Of a stretch of DNA of 38,063 bases, positions 10,948-21,097 are shown piece by piece. The stretch is from assembly GCA_913020725.1 (NCBI GenBank), contig CAJWCD010000014.1, positions 1 to 38,063 on the forward strand, in the 5' to 3' direction. Position numbers and translations under genes: made by a program. This stretch comes from an uncultured Pseudomonadota bacterium (GTDB taxonomy: Bacteria; SAR324; NAC60-12). The first letter of the stretch is position 1. Each line of letters begins with the position of its first letter. The notes beneath the pieces are model-generated. The model was not told the origin of the DNA. It made no database searches and worked only from the letters and a program-made list of their open reading frames with translations.

Positions 10948-11604
10948 TCAGATTTTTTGTGGAAGTGCCGCCACCAAATGCACCCGTGGTTGCTCGCCAC
11001 CGTTGAGGGCGGTGTGGTAGCCCCGAGTGTCGGTGAAGTACACTGAGCCATCGGCGGGCAGATGCGTGACGTGGTGGTTGACCACAAAGAGCGATCCCGG
11101 ATTGGTGATGATGGGAATGTGGACGCGGGGTTCCGGATCGCGGTGCCACGAATTGCAGGTCAGGGGTGCTTTCAGCAAAACCCGCATACGGCCAGTCGGA
11201 AAACGTTTCGTCAGTTCGGTGTGAACCGTCTCAAAGTAGGTGTCCTTGAATTGCGGAAAAATCTCAGAAAACGAGAACTCGTCTAAAATCTCGTCCCGCG
11301 CCACCTCCTCGTAAGTTTCGTCGGGTCGCAAGTAGTAGCGCCCAATCAAATCCGTGTCAGACACCGTGCGATCCCCCGGACGCCGGGTGATGGGAATGGA
11401 ACTGAAGCCGTCGCCCTGCTCGACGACATGCTGCCTCGCCTCCTCGACCGCCTCCCGCAGTTTGCAGAGGTCAAAGCGCAGGTTCAGCTTTTGGATGCCG
11501 GGGCCGGGCTGGAACTCCGCGACCGTGGGAATCACACGGTTTTCGGCAAGCCATGCCGTCATCAATGTCTGGTCGTGCAATACACGTTCAAGGTGTTTGG
11601 ACAT
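10948..11604 (-). CDS. Fe(II)/2-oxoglutarate-type oxygenase, aspartyl/asparaginyl beta-hydroxylase-like domain
   Basis: RMR..L.P..C.SWHRDPEPRVHIPIITNPG...DTRGYHTALNGG...RVHLV gives HxD...H plus a distal Arg. Start uncertain (11604 or 11634); the track's 11664 start lies inside the IS end. Confidence 0.75.
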   Translation of the reverse strand: MSKHLERVLHDQTLMTAWLAENRVIPTVAEFQPGPGIQKLNLRFDLCKLREAVEEARQHVVEQGDGFSSIPITRRPGDRTVSDTDLIGRYYLRPDETYEEVARDEILDEFSFSEIFPQFKDTYFETVHTELTKRFPTGRMRVLLKAPLTCNSWHRDPEPRVHIPIITNPGSLFVVNHHVTHLPADGSVYFTDTRGYHTALNGGEQPRVHLVAALPQKI

Positions 11605-11635
11605 TGCTTTTAATCCGTGGTCGTTTTTTATCATT

Positions 11636-11790
11636 TCTGAGTTCAACTCGTAAGTGCAACTCACCGTTTGGTGAAGAAAGGCACCGATGAGAGACTATAC
11701 GCGCTCACCCAAGAAGAACGATACCAGATTGAGGCGCGGATTCAACTCGTAAGTGCAACACCGTATTGATCTGAAACGATTGATTTTTTT
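11636..11790. mobile_element. Rearranged IS30-family remnant: two IS ends plus transposase N- and C-terminal fragments
   Basis: TTCAACTCGTAAGTGCAAC at 11642-11660 and 11741-11759. After the first copy, GAAAGG and ATG 11687 encode MRDYT(frameshift)LTQEERYQIEA. The second copy reads ...DQYGVALTS-stop on the minus strand. Right boundary approximate. Confidence 0.8.
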
Positions 11791-11841
11791 GATGCAACAT
11801 TGGGACACTGATAAAATCAGAATTTATTGGGGAGAGGCAAC

Positions 11842-12603
11842 ATGAGGGCAAACTCGACAAACCCGGCCATCTTCCAAGGCGGAAAAAACGTTTACGGTGC
11901 TGCCGTCGGCATCCTGATGCTGGAAACAAGCTTTCCTCGTGTTTTAGGAGACATCGGCAATGCAGCCACCTGGCGGTTTCCAGTGATGTATCGTGTGGTT
12001 CCCGACGCATCCCCGGATCACGTGGTGCGTCGGCGCGGGGAAGGTTTACTGGAGGCGTTCATCAGCGCGGGGCGGGATATGGTGCGACACGGAGCGGATG
12101 GGATCACCACGAACTGCGGATTCCTTGCACTCTTTCAGGATGAGTTGGCTACGGCGCTTGGCGTACCCGTGGCCACCTCATCGCTCATGCAGGTGCCCTT
12201 TGTGGAGCGAATGCTGCCTGCAGGCAAGCGGGTGGGTGTCCTCACGATTTCCGCCGCTTCTCTGACCGCCGATCACCTCAAGGGCACAGGCGTTGCCCCG
12301 AACACTCCCATCGTCGGCACCGACTCCGGACGCCACTTCAGTCGCGCCATTCTTGAAGACGAAGCTGAATTGGACGTGGAAGCCTCCCGGCTCGACCTCC
12401 TTGATGCCGGTCAAACGCTGCTCCAACGTCATCCAGACATTGGAGCGATGGTGCTGGAATGCACCAACATGGTGCCCTACGCCGCCGATTTGCGCCGGAC
12501 ATTTGGCTTGCCCGTGTACTCGATTTACACGCTGCTGACGTGGTTTCCAGCGGGCTTGCTGCCGCGCCGTTTTTTGCCTCAACTCGACGACACGCGCCCG
12601 TAA
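11842..12603 (+). CDS. Asp/Glu/hydantoin racemase family protein
   Basis: GILMLETSFPRVLGDIGNA N-terminus; paired Cys motifs ITTNCGF and LECTNM; GGAGAGG before ATG 11842. Confidence 0.85.
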   Translation: MRANSTNPAIFQGGKNVYGAAVGILMLETSFPRVLGDIGNAATWRFPVMYRVVPDASPDHVVRRRGEGLLEAFISAGRDMVRHGADGITTNCGFLALFQDELATALGVPVATSSLMQVPFVERMLPAGKRVGVLTISAASLTADHLKGTGVAPNTPIVGTDSGRHFSRAILEDEAELDVEASRLDLLDAGQTLLQRHPDIGAMVLECTNMVPYAADLRRTFGLPVYSIYTLLTWFPAGLLPRRFLPQLDDTRP

Positions 12604-12635
12604 AGAAAATCGTTCTGTACCCCAACCTTTTTTTT

Positions 12636-13418
12636 CTACAAGGTTTCGACGTTGCCACAAACGCTGAGCGCTTGTCCGGAAATGTTGCGGCCCAGTGGGG
12701 AGCAGAGATAGAGGGCGGTGTTCGCCACATCTTCCTCCGTGACCATCCGTCGCAACGATGTTTTTTTCAGGTAGTTCTGCTCAACTTCCGCATAGGTTTT
12801 TCCCAGCGACTCGGCACGGGCAGAGATCACGCCCTGAAAGCGCTGACCTTCCACAAAGCCCGGCAGGATTGCATTGACCCGGATGCCTTCCGGACCCAAC
12901 TCGATCGCCAGGCTTTTCATCAAGCCGATTACTGCCCACTTGGTCGCCGCATAGGGGGTGCGTCGGGCATAACCCAAACGTCCGGCCACCGACGAAATAC
13001 AAATCATTGAAGCTTGGTCTGAAGTTCGCAGCAGATCCACCCCGTGATGGGCGCAGTAGAACTGCCCGTTGAGATTCACGTCCACTGTGCGCCGCCATTC
13101 GTCCGGAGGGATGTTTTCCACTGCTGAAGTGGGGCCAGCGATTCCAGCGTTGTTCACCAGCACATCCAGCCCACCCCAAGTTGTGTGGATGTCTGCAAAA
13201 AGCGCAGCGACTCCCGGTTCATCTGCCACATCACAGCGGGAGACGTGGTATTCTGGCTGCTCTGCTTGAACCGCCGCCAGCGCCGTTTCCGAGACATCGC
13301 AGACCCAGAGTTTTGCTCCACAGTCCGCAAAGGCATCCGCGATGGTGCGACCAATTCCGGACGCACCTGCTGAAACAAAAACCCGGAGCCCTTCCGGAAG
13401 GTTACAGGAATTGGTCAT
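12636..13418 (-). CDS. SDR-family oxidoreductase, probably NAD-dependent
   Basis: SAGASGIG, acidic residue after beta-2 (VCD), VLVNNAG, catalytic S...YAATK. Confidence 0.88.
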   Translation of the reverse strand: MTNSCNLPEGLRVFVSAGASGIGRTIADAFADCGAKLWVCDVSETALAAVQAEQPEYHVSRCDVADEPGVAALFADIHTTWGGLDVLVNNAGIAGPTSAVENIPPDEWRRTVDVNLNGQFYCAHHGVDLLRTSDQASMICISSVAGRLGYARRTPYAATKWAVIGLMKSLAIELGPEGIRVNAILPGFVEGQRFQGVISARAESLGKTYAEVEQNYLKKTSLRRMVTEEDVANTALYLCSPLGRNISGQALSVCGNVETL

Positions 13419-13435
13419 TTGTGTTTTCCTGTTCC

Positions 13436-14371
13436 CTAAAAGTTGACGTTATCTGCACCCTTGAGCGCAAGCATGGCGCGTGCGTCATCCGGCGTGGCGA
13501 TGTCAAGCGACAGTGCTGCCAAAATCGTGCGGATTTTGCTGACTTGATCGGCGTTGGTTTCCGCAAGTTTTCCGGGTTCAAGCCATAACGAGTCTTCCAA
13601 CCCCACCCGGACGTTTGACCCCATCGCAGCGCCAATCGTTGCGAGTGGAATCTGATTGCGTCCTGCTCCAAGGATGGACCATTGGTAATCACTGCCAAAC
13701 AACCGATCTGCAGTGCGGCGCATGTGCATCAAATCCTCCGGATGCGGGCCTATTCCACCCAGTAATCCGAACACCGACTGCACAAACAACGGAGGCTGCA
13801 CCACTCCACGATCCAGAAAATGCGCGAGGTTGTAGAGGTGACTGATGTCGTAGCATTCAAACTCGAAGCGCGTGCCGTTGTCCCGGCAGGTTTCCAAGAT
13901 CATCTCGATGTCCTCAAAGGTGTTCTTGAACACCAAGTCCCGGCTATTTTCCAAATGCTGCCGTTCCCATTCGTGCTTGAGTTCCTTGAAACGCCCCAGC
14001 ATCGGAAATAGTCCAAAATTCATCGAACCCATGTTGAGGGACGCAACTTCCGGAGCAAATTGTGCGGCAGGACGCAACCGCTCCTTTGGTGACATTTGCG
14101 GACCTCCGCCAGTCGTGATGTTGACCACCGCGTTCGTCGCTTGCTTGATCTTGGGGAGAAACTTTGCGAAGACCTCTGGATCCTGCGTCGGGTGGCCGTC
14201 TTCGGGATCACGGGCGTGCAGATGGAGGATCGTCGCCCCTGCTTCCGCAGCGGCAATCGCGGCATCCGCAATCTCTTCCGGGGTGACTGGCAGGTACGGG
14301 GACATGGACGGCGTGTGGATTGATCCGGTCACCGCACAGGTGATGATGACTTTGCGTCTGGGCTTAGGCAT
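13436..14371 (-). CDS. Beta-keto acid cleavage enzyme (BKACE, DUF849)
   Basis: KVIITCAVTGSIHTPSMSPYLP, ILHLHARD (HxH), ASLNMGSMNF, VRVGLEDS. Start ATG 14371. Confidence 0.9.
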   Translation of the reverse strand: MPKPRRKVIITCAVTGSIHTPSMSPYLPVTPEEIADAAIAAAEAGATILHLHARDPEDGHPTQDPEVFAKFLPKIKQATNAVVNITTGGGPQMSPKERLRPAAQFAPEVASLNMGSMNFGLFPMLGRFKELKHEWERQHLENSRDLVFKNTFEDIEMILETCRDNGTRFEFECYDISHLYNLAHFLDRGVVQPPLFVQSVFGLLGGIGPHPEDLMHMRRTADRLFGSDYQWSILGAGRNQIPLATIGAAMGSNVRVGLEDSLWLEPGKLAETNADQVSKIRTILAALSLDIATPDDARAMLALKGADNVNF

Positions 14372-14467
14372 GGATGCTCTCGCAAAATGGTTATTGAGAA
14401 GTTCCGGAGCAAACGCCGCCGGGAGGTCCGAACATCGTTCGCCACGCACTTGCAAAGCGCAAGCGGC

Positions 14468-15535
14468 TCAGGAAGCCTTGAGGAGTTCCGCCTGATGGTG
14501 GGTGAGGAGGGCATCCACCACGGGGTCAAGCCCGCCGTCAAGAATTTCCTCCAACTTGTAGAGGGTGAGGTTGATGCGATGGTCCGTGAGCCGACCCTGC
14601 GGGAAGTTGTAGGTGCGGATGCGTTCGCTGCGGTCTCCAGAGCCCACCATGCTGCGGCGTTGCTGTGACTCCTCAGCCTGTTTGGCCTCAACCTCCTGTT
14701 CGTAAATCCGCGCCCGCAGCACCTTCAGTGCCTGACTCTTGTTTTTGTGCTGGGATTTCTCGTTTTGACAGGTGACGACAATTCCGGTGGGCAGGTGGGT
14801 GATACGGACGGCGGAGTCGGTGGTGTTGACATGCTGCCCTCCGGCTCCACTAGCGCGGTACACGTCAATGCGGAGATCGGCGGGGTTGATGTCGATTTCC
14901 ACGTCCTCTACGCCCGGAAGCACTGCGACCGTGGCCGCCGAGGTGTGGATGCGTCCCTGTGTTTCAGTGCGTGGAACCCGCTGGACGCGATGCACACCGC
15001 TCTCGAACTTGAGGCGGCTGAAGACATCCTTGCCCTCGACCGAGACCGTGATTTCCTTGTAGCCACCAATGTCGGTTTGACTCTCGTTGAGGATCGAGAA
15101 CCGCCAGCGACTGCGTTCGGCATAACGTCCGTACATCCGGAAAAGATCACGGGCGAACAATGCCGCCTCATCACCTCCGGTGCCTGCACGGATTTCAAGG
15201 ATCGTGTTGCGGTGATCGTCCTTGTCCTTCGGCAGCAGCAGCATTTTCAGTTGCTCCTGCAAGGACTCCAGTGTTTCCGCCAGTTCCAGGTTTTCCTGAC
15301 GCGCTAGTTCGCGCAGTTCCTCGTCCTCCTTAGAGTCGGTGGCGAGCGTCTGATTTTCCTCGATGGTTTGCTGGATTTTCTGGAAGTCCCGGAAGGTCTG
15401 GACGAGCACCTCCAGATCGGAATGCTCGCGGGAGAGTCGCTGGTAGCGGGCTTGATCCAGCACCACATCCGGATCGGCCAGCGCCTCGTTCACCTCATCG
15501 AAACGCTGACTGAGTTCGGCCAGCTTATCCAGCAT
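14468..15535 (-). CDS. prfA: Peptide chain release factor 1
   Basis: [32 protein letters not shown] (PxT anticodon), GAGGQHVN. Confidence 0.97.
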   Translation of the reverse strand: MLDKLAELSQRFDEVNEALADPDVVLDQARYQRLSREHSDLEVLVQTFRDFQKIQQTIEENQTLATDSKEDEELRELARQENLELAETLESLQEQLKMLLLPKDKDDHRNTILEIRAGTGGDEAALFARDLFRMYGRYAERSRWRFSILNESQTDIGGYKEITVSVEGKDVFSRLKFESGVHRVQRVPRTETQGRIHTSAATVAVLPGVEDVEIDINPADLRIDVYRASGAGGQHVNTTDSAVRITHLPTGIVVTCQNEKSQHKNKSQALKVLRARIYEQEVEAKQAEESQQRRSMVGSGDRSERIRTYNFPQGRLTDHRINLTLYKLEEILDGGLDPVVDALLTHHQAELLKAS

Positions 15536-15541
15536 GGAGGG

Positions 15542-15751
15542 CTAGCTGCTCTGGTAGCGCCGCTTGAACTTCTCGATCCGTCCGGCGGCATCCACGATCC
15601 GGGCTTGTCCGGAGCCCGTGAAGAAGGGGTGGCACGCCGAACAGATGTCCACATGCTGCTCGCCACCGAGGGTGGATTCCAACTCGCGAGTTGAACCGCA
15701 CGAGCAAACAAACGTGGTGGTGACGTAATTGGGGTGAATTTCTGCTCTCAT
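15542..15751 (-). CDS. rpmE: 50S ribosomal protein L31, zinc-binding (C+) form
   Basis: [31 protein letters not shown]. Confidence 0.96.
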   Translation of the reverse strand: MRAEIHPNYVTTTFVCSCGSTRELESTLGGEQHVDICSACHPFFTGSGQARIVDAAGRIEKFKRRYQSS

Positions 15752-15774
15752 GATTTTGAATTCGGTGTGGGTCG

Positions 15775-17109
15775 TTACTTGTCCATCATGCTAAGAAACT
15801 CACTATTATCCTTGAATTTGCTCATCTTGTCCAGCGAGAATTCCATTGATTCGACGACGTTGAGCTGGGACAGCACCTTGCGCAGCACCCAGATGCGGTC
15901 GAGGTCAGCCTTCTCGATGAGTAATTCCTCCTTGCGGGTTCCGGATTTATTGAGGTCGATGGCCGGGAACATGCGTTTCTCCACGAGTTTGCGGTCGAGA
16001 ATCAGTTCCATGTTGCCGGTGCCCTTGAATTCCTCAAAGATGACCTCGTCCATGCGGCTTCCGGTGTCGATGAGTGCCGTGGCGATGATCGTCAACGAAC
16101 CTCCTTCTTCAATGTTCCGGGCGGCGCCGAAGAAGCGTTTGGGCTTATGCAGAGCGTTGGAGTCAACCCCACCGGAAAGGATCTTGCCACTGGGCGGGAT
16201 CACTGAGTTGTAGGCGCGGGCAAGGCGAGTGATCGAGTCGAGCAGGATGACCACGTCACGGCGATGCTCCACGAGTCGCTTCGCCTTTTCCAAGACCATC
16301 TCGGAAACCTGAACGTGCCGGGTTGCCGGTTCGTCAAAGGTTGAACTGACGACCTCGCCCTTGACCGAACGTTGCATGTCCGTGACCTCCTCCGGTCGCT
16401 CGTCAATAAGCAGGACGATGAGGTCCACTTCCGGGTGGTTGGTGGTGATGCTGTTGGCGATATTCTGGAGAATCATCGTCTTTCCGGTACGCGGGGGGGC
16501 GACAATCAAGCCACGCTGCCCCATGCCGATGGGCGAGACGAGGTCGATGACCCGCGAGGTCATGTCCTTATCGCCTCGTTCCAGCTTGAGACGCTGCTCC
16601 GGATAGAGTGGGGTGAGGTTGTCGAAGAGGATTTTGTCGAACACCATGTCCGGAGGCTGGAAGTTGATTTCTTCGACTTTCAGCAACGCATAGTAACGCT
16701 CACTCTCCTTGGGGGAGCGGATGTGTCCGGCGATGCTGTCGCCCGTGCGCAGGTTGAAGCGGCGGATCTGCGACGGAGAGACGTAAATGTCGTCCGGCCC
16801 CGGCAGGTAGTTGTAGTCCGGCGCCCGCAGAAAGCCAAAGCCGTCCGGGAGGGTTTCCAACACGCCAGAGGCGTAAATCACTCCACCACGCTCAGATTGG
16901 GCCTGTAGTAGCTCAAAAAGTAGTTCCTGGGGTCGGAGGCTGCTGGCATTCTCAATGTTGAACTCGTTGGCGATGCTCACCATCGTTCCAATGTCTTTTT
17001 TCTTGAGTTCAGTGAGGTTAAGCACCTCCGGAGCATTTTCGGAGGGAGGAGCAGTAGGGAGGTCGCGGGTTTGGCGGTGGTTCCGGCGGGTGGCGGTTTG
17101 GGCACTCAT
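15775..17109 (-). CDS. rho: Transcription termination factor Rho
   Basis: [56 protein letters not shown]. Confidence 0.98.
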   Translation of the reverse strand: MSAQTATRRNHRQTRDLPTAPPSENAPEVLNLTELKKKDIGTMVSIANEFNIENASSLRPQELLFELLQAQSERGGVIYASGVLETLPDGFGFLRAPDYNYLPGPDDIYVSPSQIRRFNLRTGDSIAGHIRSPKESERYYALLKVEEINFQPPDMVFDKILFDNLTPLYPEQRLKLERGDKDMTSRVIDLVSPIGMGQRGLIVAPPRTGKTMILQNIANSITTNHPEVDLIVLLIDERPEEVTDMQRSVKGEVVSSTFDEPATRHVQVSEMVLEKAKRLVEHRRDVVILLDSITRLARAYNSVIPPSGKILSGGVDSNALHKPKRFFGAARNIEEGGSLTIIATALIDTGSRMDEVIFEEFKGTGNMELILDRKLVEKRMFPAIDLNKSGTRKEELLIEKADLDRIWVLRKVLSQLNVVESMEFSLDKMSKFKDNSEFLSMMDK

Positions 17110-17340
17110 GGGCTTCTGGATTGGATGATGGAGTGGGTCGCGTGAATCCCAAGCAAACCCAAACAGGGTTTGGTGAGGTCACACTTCAAGCGTCAAGGAA
17201 CGCCAAGGATTAGGAGTTTGGATTCAGAATCTGGAAATGATCAAAAATGATAAACCAAGGCGTGGTGCAGTGGCAGGCTCTACTCTAGGATTCCACATCT
17301 ATGGTCAGGAGTCAAGCATTTTCTGAGCCACTATTTGCGC

Positions 17341-20010
17341 TCATTGCACCACGGGATTCCCTACCAGCAAATTGCGGAGAAATTTTCGGGCGAGATCCAC
17401 TGGTACGATGATGAAGGCAAAACCCAGCACATAGAGCCATTCTTGCAGGGTCAAGCCCACGGTGCGCAGGATTTCTCCTCCAAAGTAAGTGAAGGAGATT
17501 TGTAGGATGAAGATGAGGATTACGACTCCAATGAAGTTACGGTTCTCAGTGAGGTGTTCAAAGAGATTCAAACCTTCGGTGCGGGCATTAAACTTGTTGA
17601 AGTTGTTGACAAACACAAAGAAACCGAAAAACGCGGTCAGCAGCACAATCTGGTCGTTGTCCCCACAACGTTCGTCGCAGGGGAACAACCCTTGGACAAA
17701 CGATGACGTGAGGAAGAAGAGGCTCAGCGTGGCAATGGTGAGACCACCGACAATGATCGCGGACCACATGTCTCCCGTGATCAGCGAAGCGTCCTTAGGC
17801 ACCGGTTTTTCGAGCATGTAGCGTGTGAGTGCCGCTTCTCCGGAAAACGCGAAGGCCGCCAGCGTGTCCATGACAATGTTGATCCAGAGCAACTGGGTCA
17901 TCGTCAACGGCAAGTCGATGCCAAGAAACGGCCCCAGAAACGCCACAAGGATCGCGGCCACATTGACCGAGAGTTGGAAGATGAGAAACTTGCGGATCGA
18001 TTTGATGAGAGTGCGTCCGTACAGCACCGCATTGGTGAGGGAGAGGAAGTTGTTGTCAAGGATGATGATGTGTCCGGATTCCTTGGTGAGGTCTGTACCG
18101 CTGCCCATCGCAAAACCCACGTCCGCGTTCTTCACTGCCGGAGCGTCGTTCACGCCGTCGCCGGTCATGCCGACCACCCAGTTCATCTCTTTCGCGAGTT
18201 TGACGAGTCGGCTCTTGTCCGTCGGCAGCGCACGGGCGACCACCCGGAGGTTGGGCAGCGCCTGTTTCACCTCATCGTCGGATAGCCCTCCGAGTTCCTT
18301 GGAGGTGATCGCCAAATGGTCGTCGTCCTCTAAAATGTTCACCTCCTTGGCGATTGCCACGGCGGTATCCTTGGCATCTCCGGTGATCATCACGACTTGA
18401 ATCCCTGCCGCATGCGACCGTTTCACGGCAGGTTTGGATTCCTTGCGCATCTCGTCACGCAGCCCAAAGATCGCCACCAGCGTCAAACCCTCCGGAAGTT
18501 CCGGATCACGACCCAATGCCTGATCGGAGACTGCGAGTCCGATGAGCCGCATGGCGCGTCCGGAGAGTCCCCGCATTTCCTGCAAGAGGGCATCTTTACT
18601 GGGTAGTTCCTGACGATTACCTTGCGTATCAAGGTAGTGGGTGCAGTCGGCGAGGATGATTTCCGCCGCGCCCTTGACGAGCGTTTCCGAGCGGTCGCCC
18701 TGCACCTGCGCTGCCGAGAACTTGTAGGCGCTGTTGAAGGGGATGCTGGCGATCTGCTCCACGTTGTCCTGCTCTGCGAGCTTCGGCCCCAAAAACTGGA
18801 GCAGTGCTTTTCCGGTGGAGTTCGCTCCCACAATCAGCGGGTTCTGGGGATCGGACGCATCCACGGACGCGCTGGTGTTGTTGCGCAGTGCAAAGACCAC
18901 CTGCTGTTGCAAAGCCTCCGGGATTTCGCCCAAGCCTTTGTAGTGTTGGGCGTCGCCGCCCACAATCTCGGCGACCTGAAGGTGTCCTGCGGTGAGCGTC
19001 CCAGTCTTGTCGGTGAAGAGGACGGTGAGGCTTCCGGAGGTTTCGATCCCCAGCAGCTTGCGTACCAGCACGTTGGCCCGCAACAGTTTGCGCATGTTGA
19101 GCGAAAGCACAACCGCGATCATCATCGGCAGCCCTTCCGGAACCGCAACAACAATGATGATGATCGCCAGCACAGTGGCCGTCACTAGATGATAGGCGAT
19201 CTCCCCGCCTTCGTGAGCGGCAAGGTAAGTGCTCCAACCGCCGCCTTTGAGAAAGATGTGATTGAACATGAAGGAGAACGCGATGAAGAGCGCCCCAATG
19301 TACCCGAACTGGCTGATGCGCTGTCCTAGGACAGCAAGTTTTTCCTGGAGTGGAGAAAGTCGGGTTTCAGCTTCGGCGATGTCTTTGACGCTGGCTCCGT
19401 AGCTCGTCTGGTCACCAACGGCGGTGACGCGCATCACGCCTTCGCCATCGTCCACCAGCGCAGCCCGCGCCAGCCCATTCTGCTCTGGATTGAGCGTTGC
19501 CCCCTCGGCGAGGGCTTGTTTCTTGACCGATTCGGATTCTCCCGTGAGTGCAGATTCATTGAGTTCCAGGTGCCCCTCGATCAGCACTCCATCTGCTGGA
19601 ACCGTGTCTCCGGGCTGGAGCAGAACCAGGTCGTTGACCACCAGATCGTCAATCAGCACCTCGTCCAAACGTCCGTTGCGGAAGGTCTTCACCTTGATCT
19701 TGGATGCTTCCTCCATCAGGCGTTGGAACTCATTCTCGTTGCTGAACTCTGACCACGTTGCTACCATCGTCGCCATCACCAAGGCAATCGCAATGCCCAT
19801 GCCTTCGTACCACGGAGCAAAGCCCAGCACTGCGAGCAACACCGTCACCCCCAGTGCCACAATCAGGATGATGATGATCGGGTCGCGCAGGTTGCTCCGC
19901 AGCTTGTCCAAGAAAGTCTCAACGTGCTGCTGGGTGAGGGCGTTGGCGCCGTTCTCCCGGCGGGATTGATCGGCTTCGGTCTGAGTCAGTCCCGTGTAGT
20001 CAAACTTCAT
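17341..20010 (-). CDS. Calcium-translocating P-type ATPase (PMCA/P2B-like)
   Basis: ESALTGES, IIVVAVPEGLP, DKTGTLT, KGAAE, MITGD, GDGVNDAPA, QLLWINIVMDTLAA. Confidence 0.9.
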   Translation of the reverse strand: MKFDYTGLTQTEADQSRRENGANALTQQHVETFLDKLRSNLRDPIIIILIVALGVTVLLAVLGFAPWYEGMGIAIALVMATMVATWSEFSNENEFQRLMEEASKIKVKTFRNGRLDEVLIDDLVVNDLVLLQPGDTVPADGVLIEGHLELNESALTGESESVKKQALAEGATLNPEQNGLARAALVDDGEGVMRVTAVGDQTSYGASVKDIAEAETRLSPLQEKLAVLGQRISQFGYIGALFIAFSFMFNHIFLKGGGWSTYLAAHEGGEIAYHLVTATVLAIIIIVVAVPEGLPMMIAVVLSLNMRKLLRANVLVRKLLGIETSGSLTVLFTDKTGTLTAGHLQVAEIVGGDAQHYKGLGEIPEALQQQVVFALRNNTSASVDASDPQNPLIVGANSTGKALLQFLGPKLAEQDNVEQIASIPFNSAYKFSAAQVQGDRSETLVKGAAEIILADCTHYLDTQGNRQELPSKDALLQEMRGLSGRAMRLIGLAVSDQALGRDPELPEGLTLVAIFGLRDEMRKESKPAVKRSHAAGIQVVMITGDAKDTAVAIAKEVNILEDDDHLAITSKELGGLSDDEVKQALPNLRVVARALPTDKSRLVKLAKEMNWVVGMTGDGVNDAPAVKNADVGFAMGSGTDLTKESGHIIILDNNFLSLTNAVLYGRTLIKSIRKFLIFQLSVNVAAILVAFLGPFLGIDLPLTMTQLLWINIVMDTLAAFAFSGEAALTRYMLEKPVPKDASLITGDMWSAIIVGGLTIATLSLFFLTSSFVQGLFPCDERCGDNDQIVLLTAFFGFFVFVNNFNKFNARTEGLNLFEHLTENRNFIGVVILIFILQISFTYFGGEILRTVGLTLQEWLYVLGFAFIIVPVDLARKFLRNLLVGNPVVQ

Positions 20011-20103
20011 GGTTCAGTGCTACAGTCGTGTGTGAAATTTTCTGATTTTACGAAAAAACGCTACCACAAGCAAGCCCAATGAAAAAAAGCAGTTTCCATA
20101 CCC

Positions 20104-20475
20104 ATGCACTTTCGTGAACGCTCCGGCTTCACTCTGCTGGAGGTCATGACCTCGGCGGCACTGGTGGCTGTGGCTGTGGCAGGCTTAGTGCGAACCCTCG
20201 ATCAGGGGCTCTCTCAAACCGAAACCCGCCGCTGGAACGCCAGCCTTGCCGGACAGCTTGACGCTTGGACTCACACCCAACTCAACACGGAGTTCTACGG
20301 AAGTGAATTAGCGGTCGGTGCCCACACCACAACCGTTGTGCTTGATGGTGAGTCTGCGACCCTTCGATGGATCGTGACCCAAGCAGCTCCGGGTTTGAAG
20401 CAGTTGGTCTTTCGGCTGGAACCTGTGAAACCGACACGTCCGGTGATCACCTGGCAAGCGGCACGGAGTTACTGA
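20104..20475 (+). CDS. Prepilin-type N-terminal cleavage/methylation protein (PilV-like minor pilin)
   Basis: Basic leader, then SG|FTLLEV with Glu5 and a hydrophobic helix. Confidence 0.78.
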   Translation: MHFRERSGFTLLEVMTSAALVAVAVAGLVRTLDQGLSQTETRRWNASLAGQLDAWTHTQLNTEFYGSELAVGAHTTTVVLDGESATLRWIVTQAAPGLKQLVFRLEPVKPTRPVITWQAARSY

Positions 20476-20984
20476 TGGGAAGGACTCTGCTGCGGGCTTT
20501 CACCCTGTTGGAACTGCTGATCGTGCTTGCGGTGCTGGGGATTCTTATCGGTGTCCTGCTGCCCTCGGCCGCTCAATTTCCTCGGATGTTGGCGGGCTTG
20601 CAGGAACACACTTTGCGGGAGGGGGAGTTTGAGCGTTTCTTGATGATGCTGAAAACTGAACTGGTGCAGTCCGGTTACGGGCTGGACTCCGGAGCCGTTG
20701 CCACGCCGTTGGAAGTCACGGATTCCGAGATCGTGCTGCGGGCAGATTTCAACCGCGATGGCGACACTAGCGATGCACGAGAACACCTGCGCTACCGTTT
20801 CCTCCCGGACTCCAACACACTGCAACGCCGTTCCGGAGCCGGAAATTACCAAACCCTGATCACTCCACTGGAGTCTCTGCGCTTCTCCGATTCCAGCACA
20901 CTGCCGGGCTGCGTCACCTTCATCTCCAAACTCCTGCCCGATTCCCCAGAGCAGCAAACCACGCTCTGCCGTCTGCGGCTTTGA
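20475..20984 (+). CDS. Prepilin-type protein (PilW/PulJ-like)
   Basis: ATG overlaps the previous stop (TGATG); RA|FTLLELLIVLAVLGIL; ELVQSGY; ADFNRDGD loop. Confidence 0.78.
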   Translation: MGRTLLRAFTLLELLIVLAVLGILIGVLLPSAAQFPRMLAGLQEHTLREGEFERFLMMLKTELVQSGYGLDSGAVATPLEVTDSEIVLRADFNRDGDTSDAREHLRYRFLPDSNTLQRRSGAGNYQTLITPLESLRFSDSSTLPGCVTFISKLLPDSPEQQTTLCRLRL

Positions 20985-21097
20985 AGCTCACGGGATTTGG
21001 AATGCCCTGACGCTAGTGTCGGCGTGTCGGAGGCAACTCAAGTTTTGGTCTCTGTTGCCGATAAGGGAGATGAGTAGGAAAAATTCAGATCCGAACC

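Noticed and set aside
11642..11759. 19-bp direct repeat as a mini-CRISPR array or tandem operator
   Set aside because: Only two copies, an 80-nt spacer and no cas genes; the flanks encode IS30 transposase termini, which explains the repeat better.
20985..21097. SAM-I-like words (GGCAAC, GATAAG) in the spacer
   Set aside because: No 5' CTTATC/AGAG strand or P2 kink-turn elements on the same strand; only generic hairpins.
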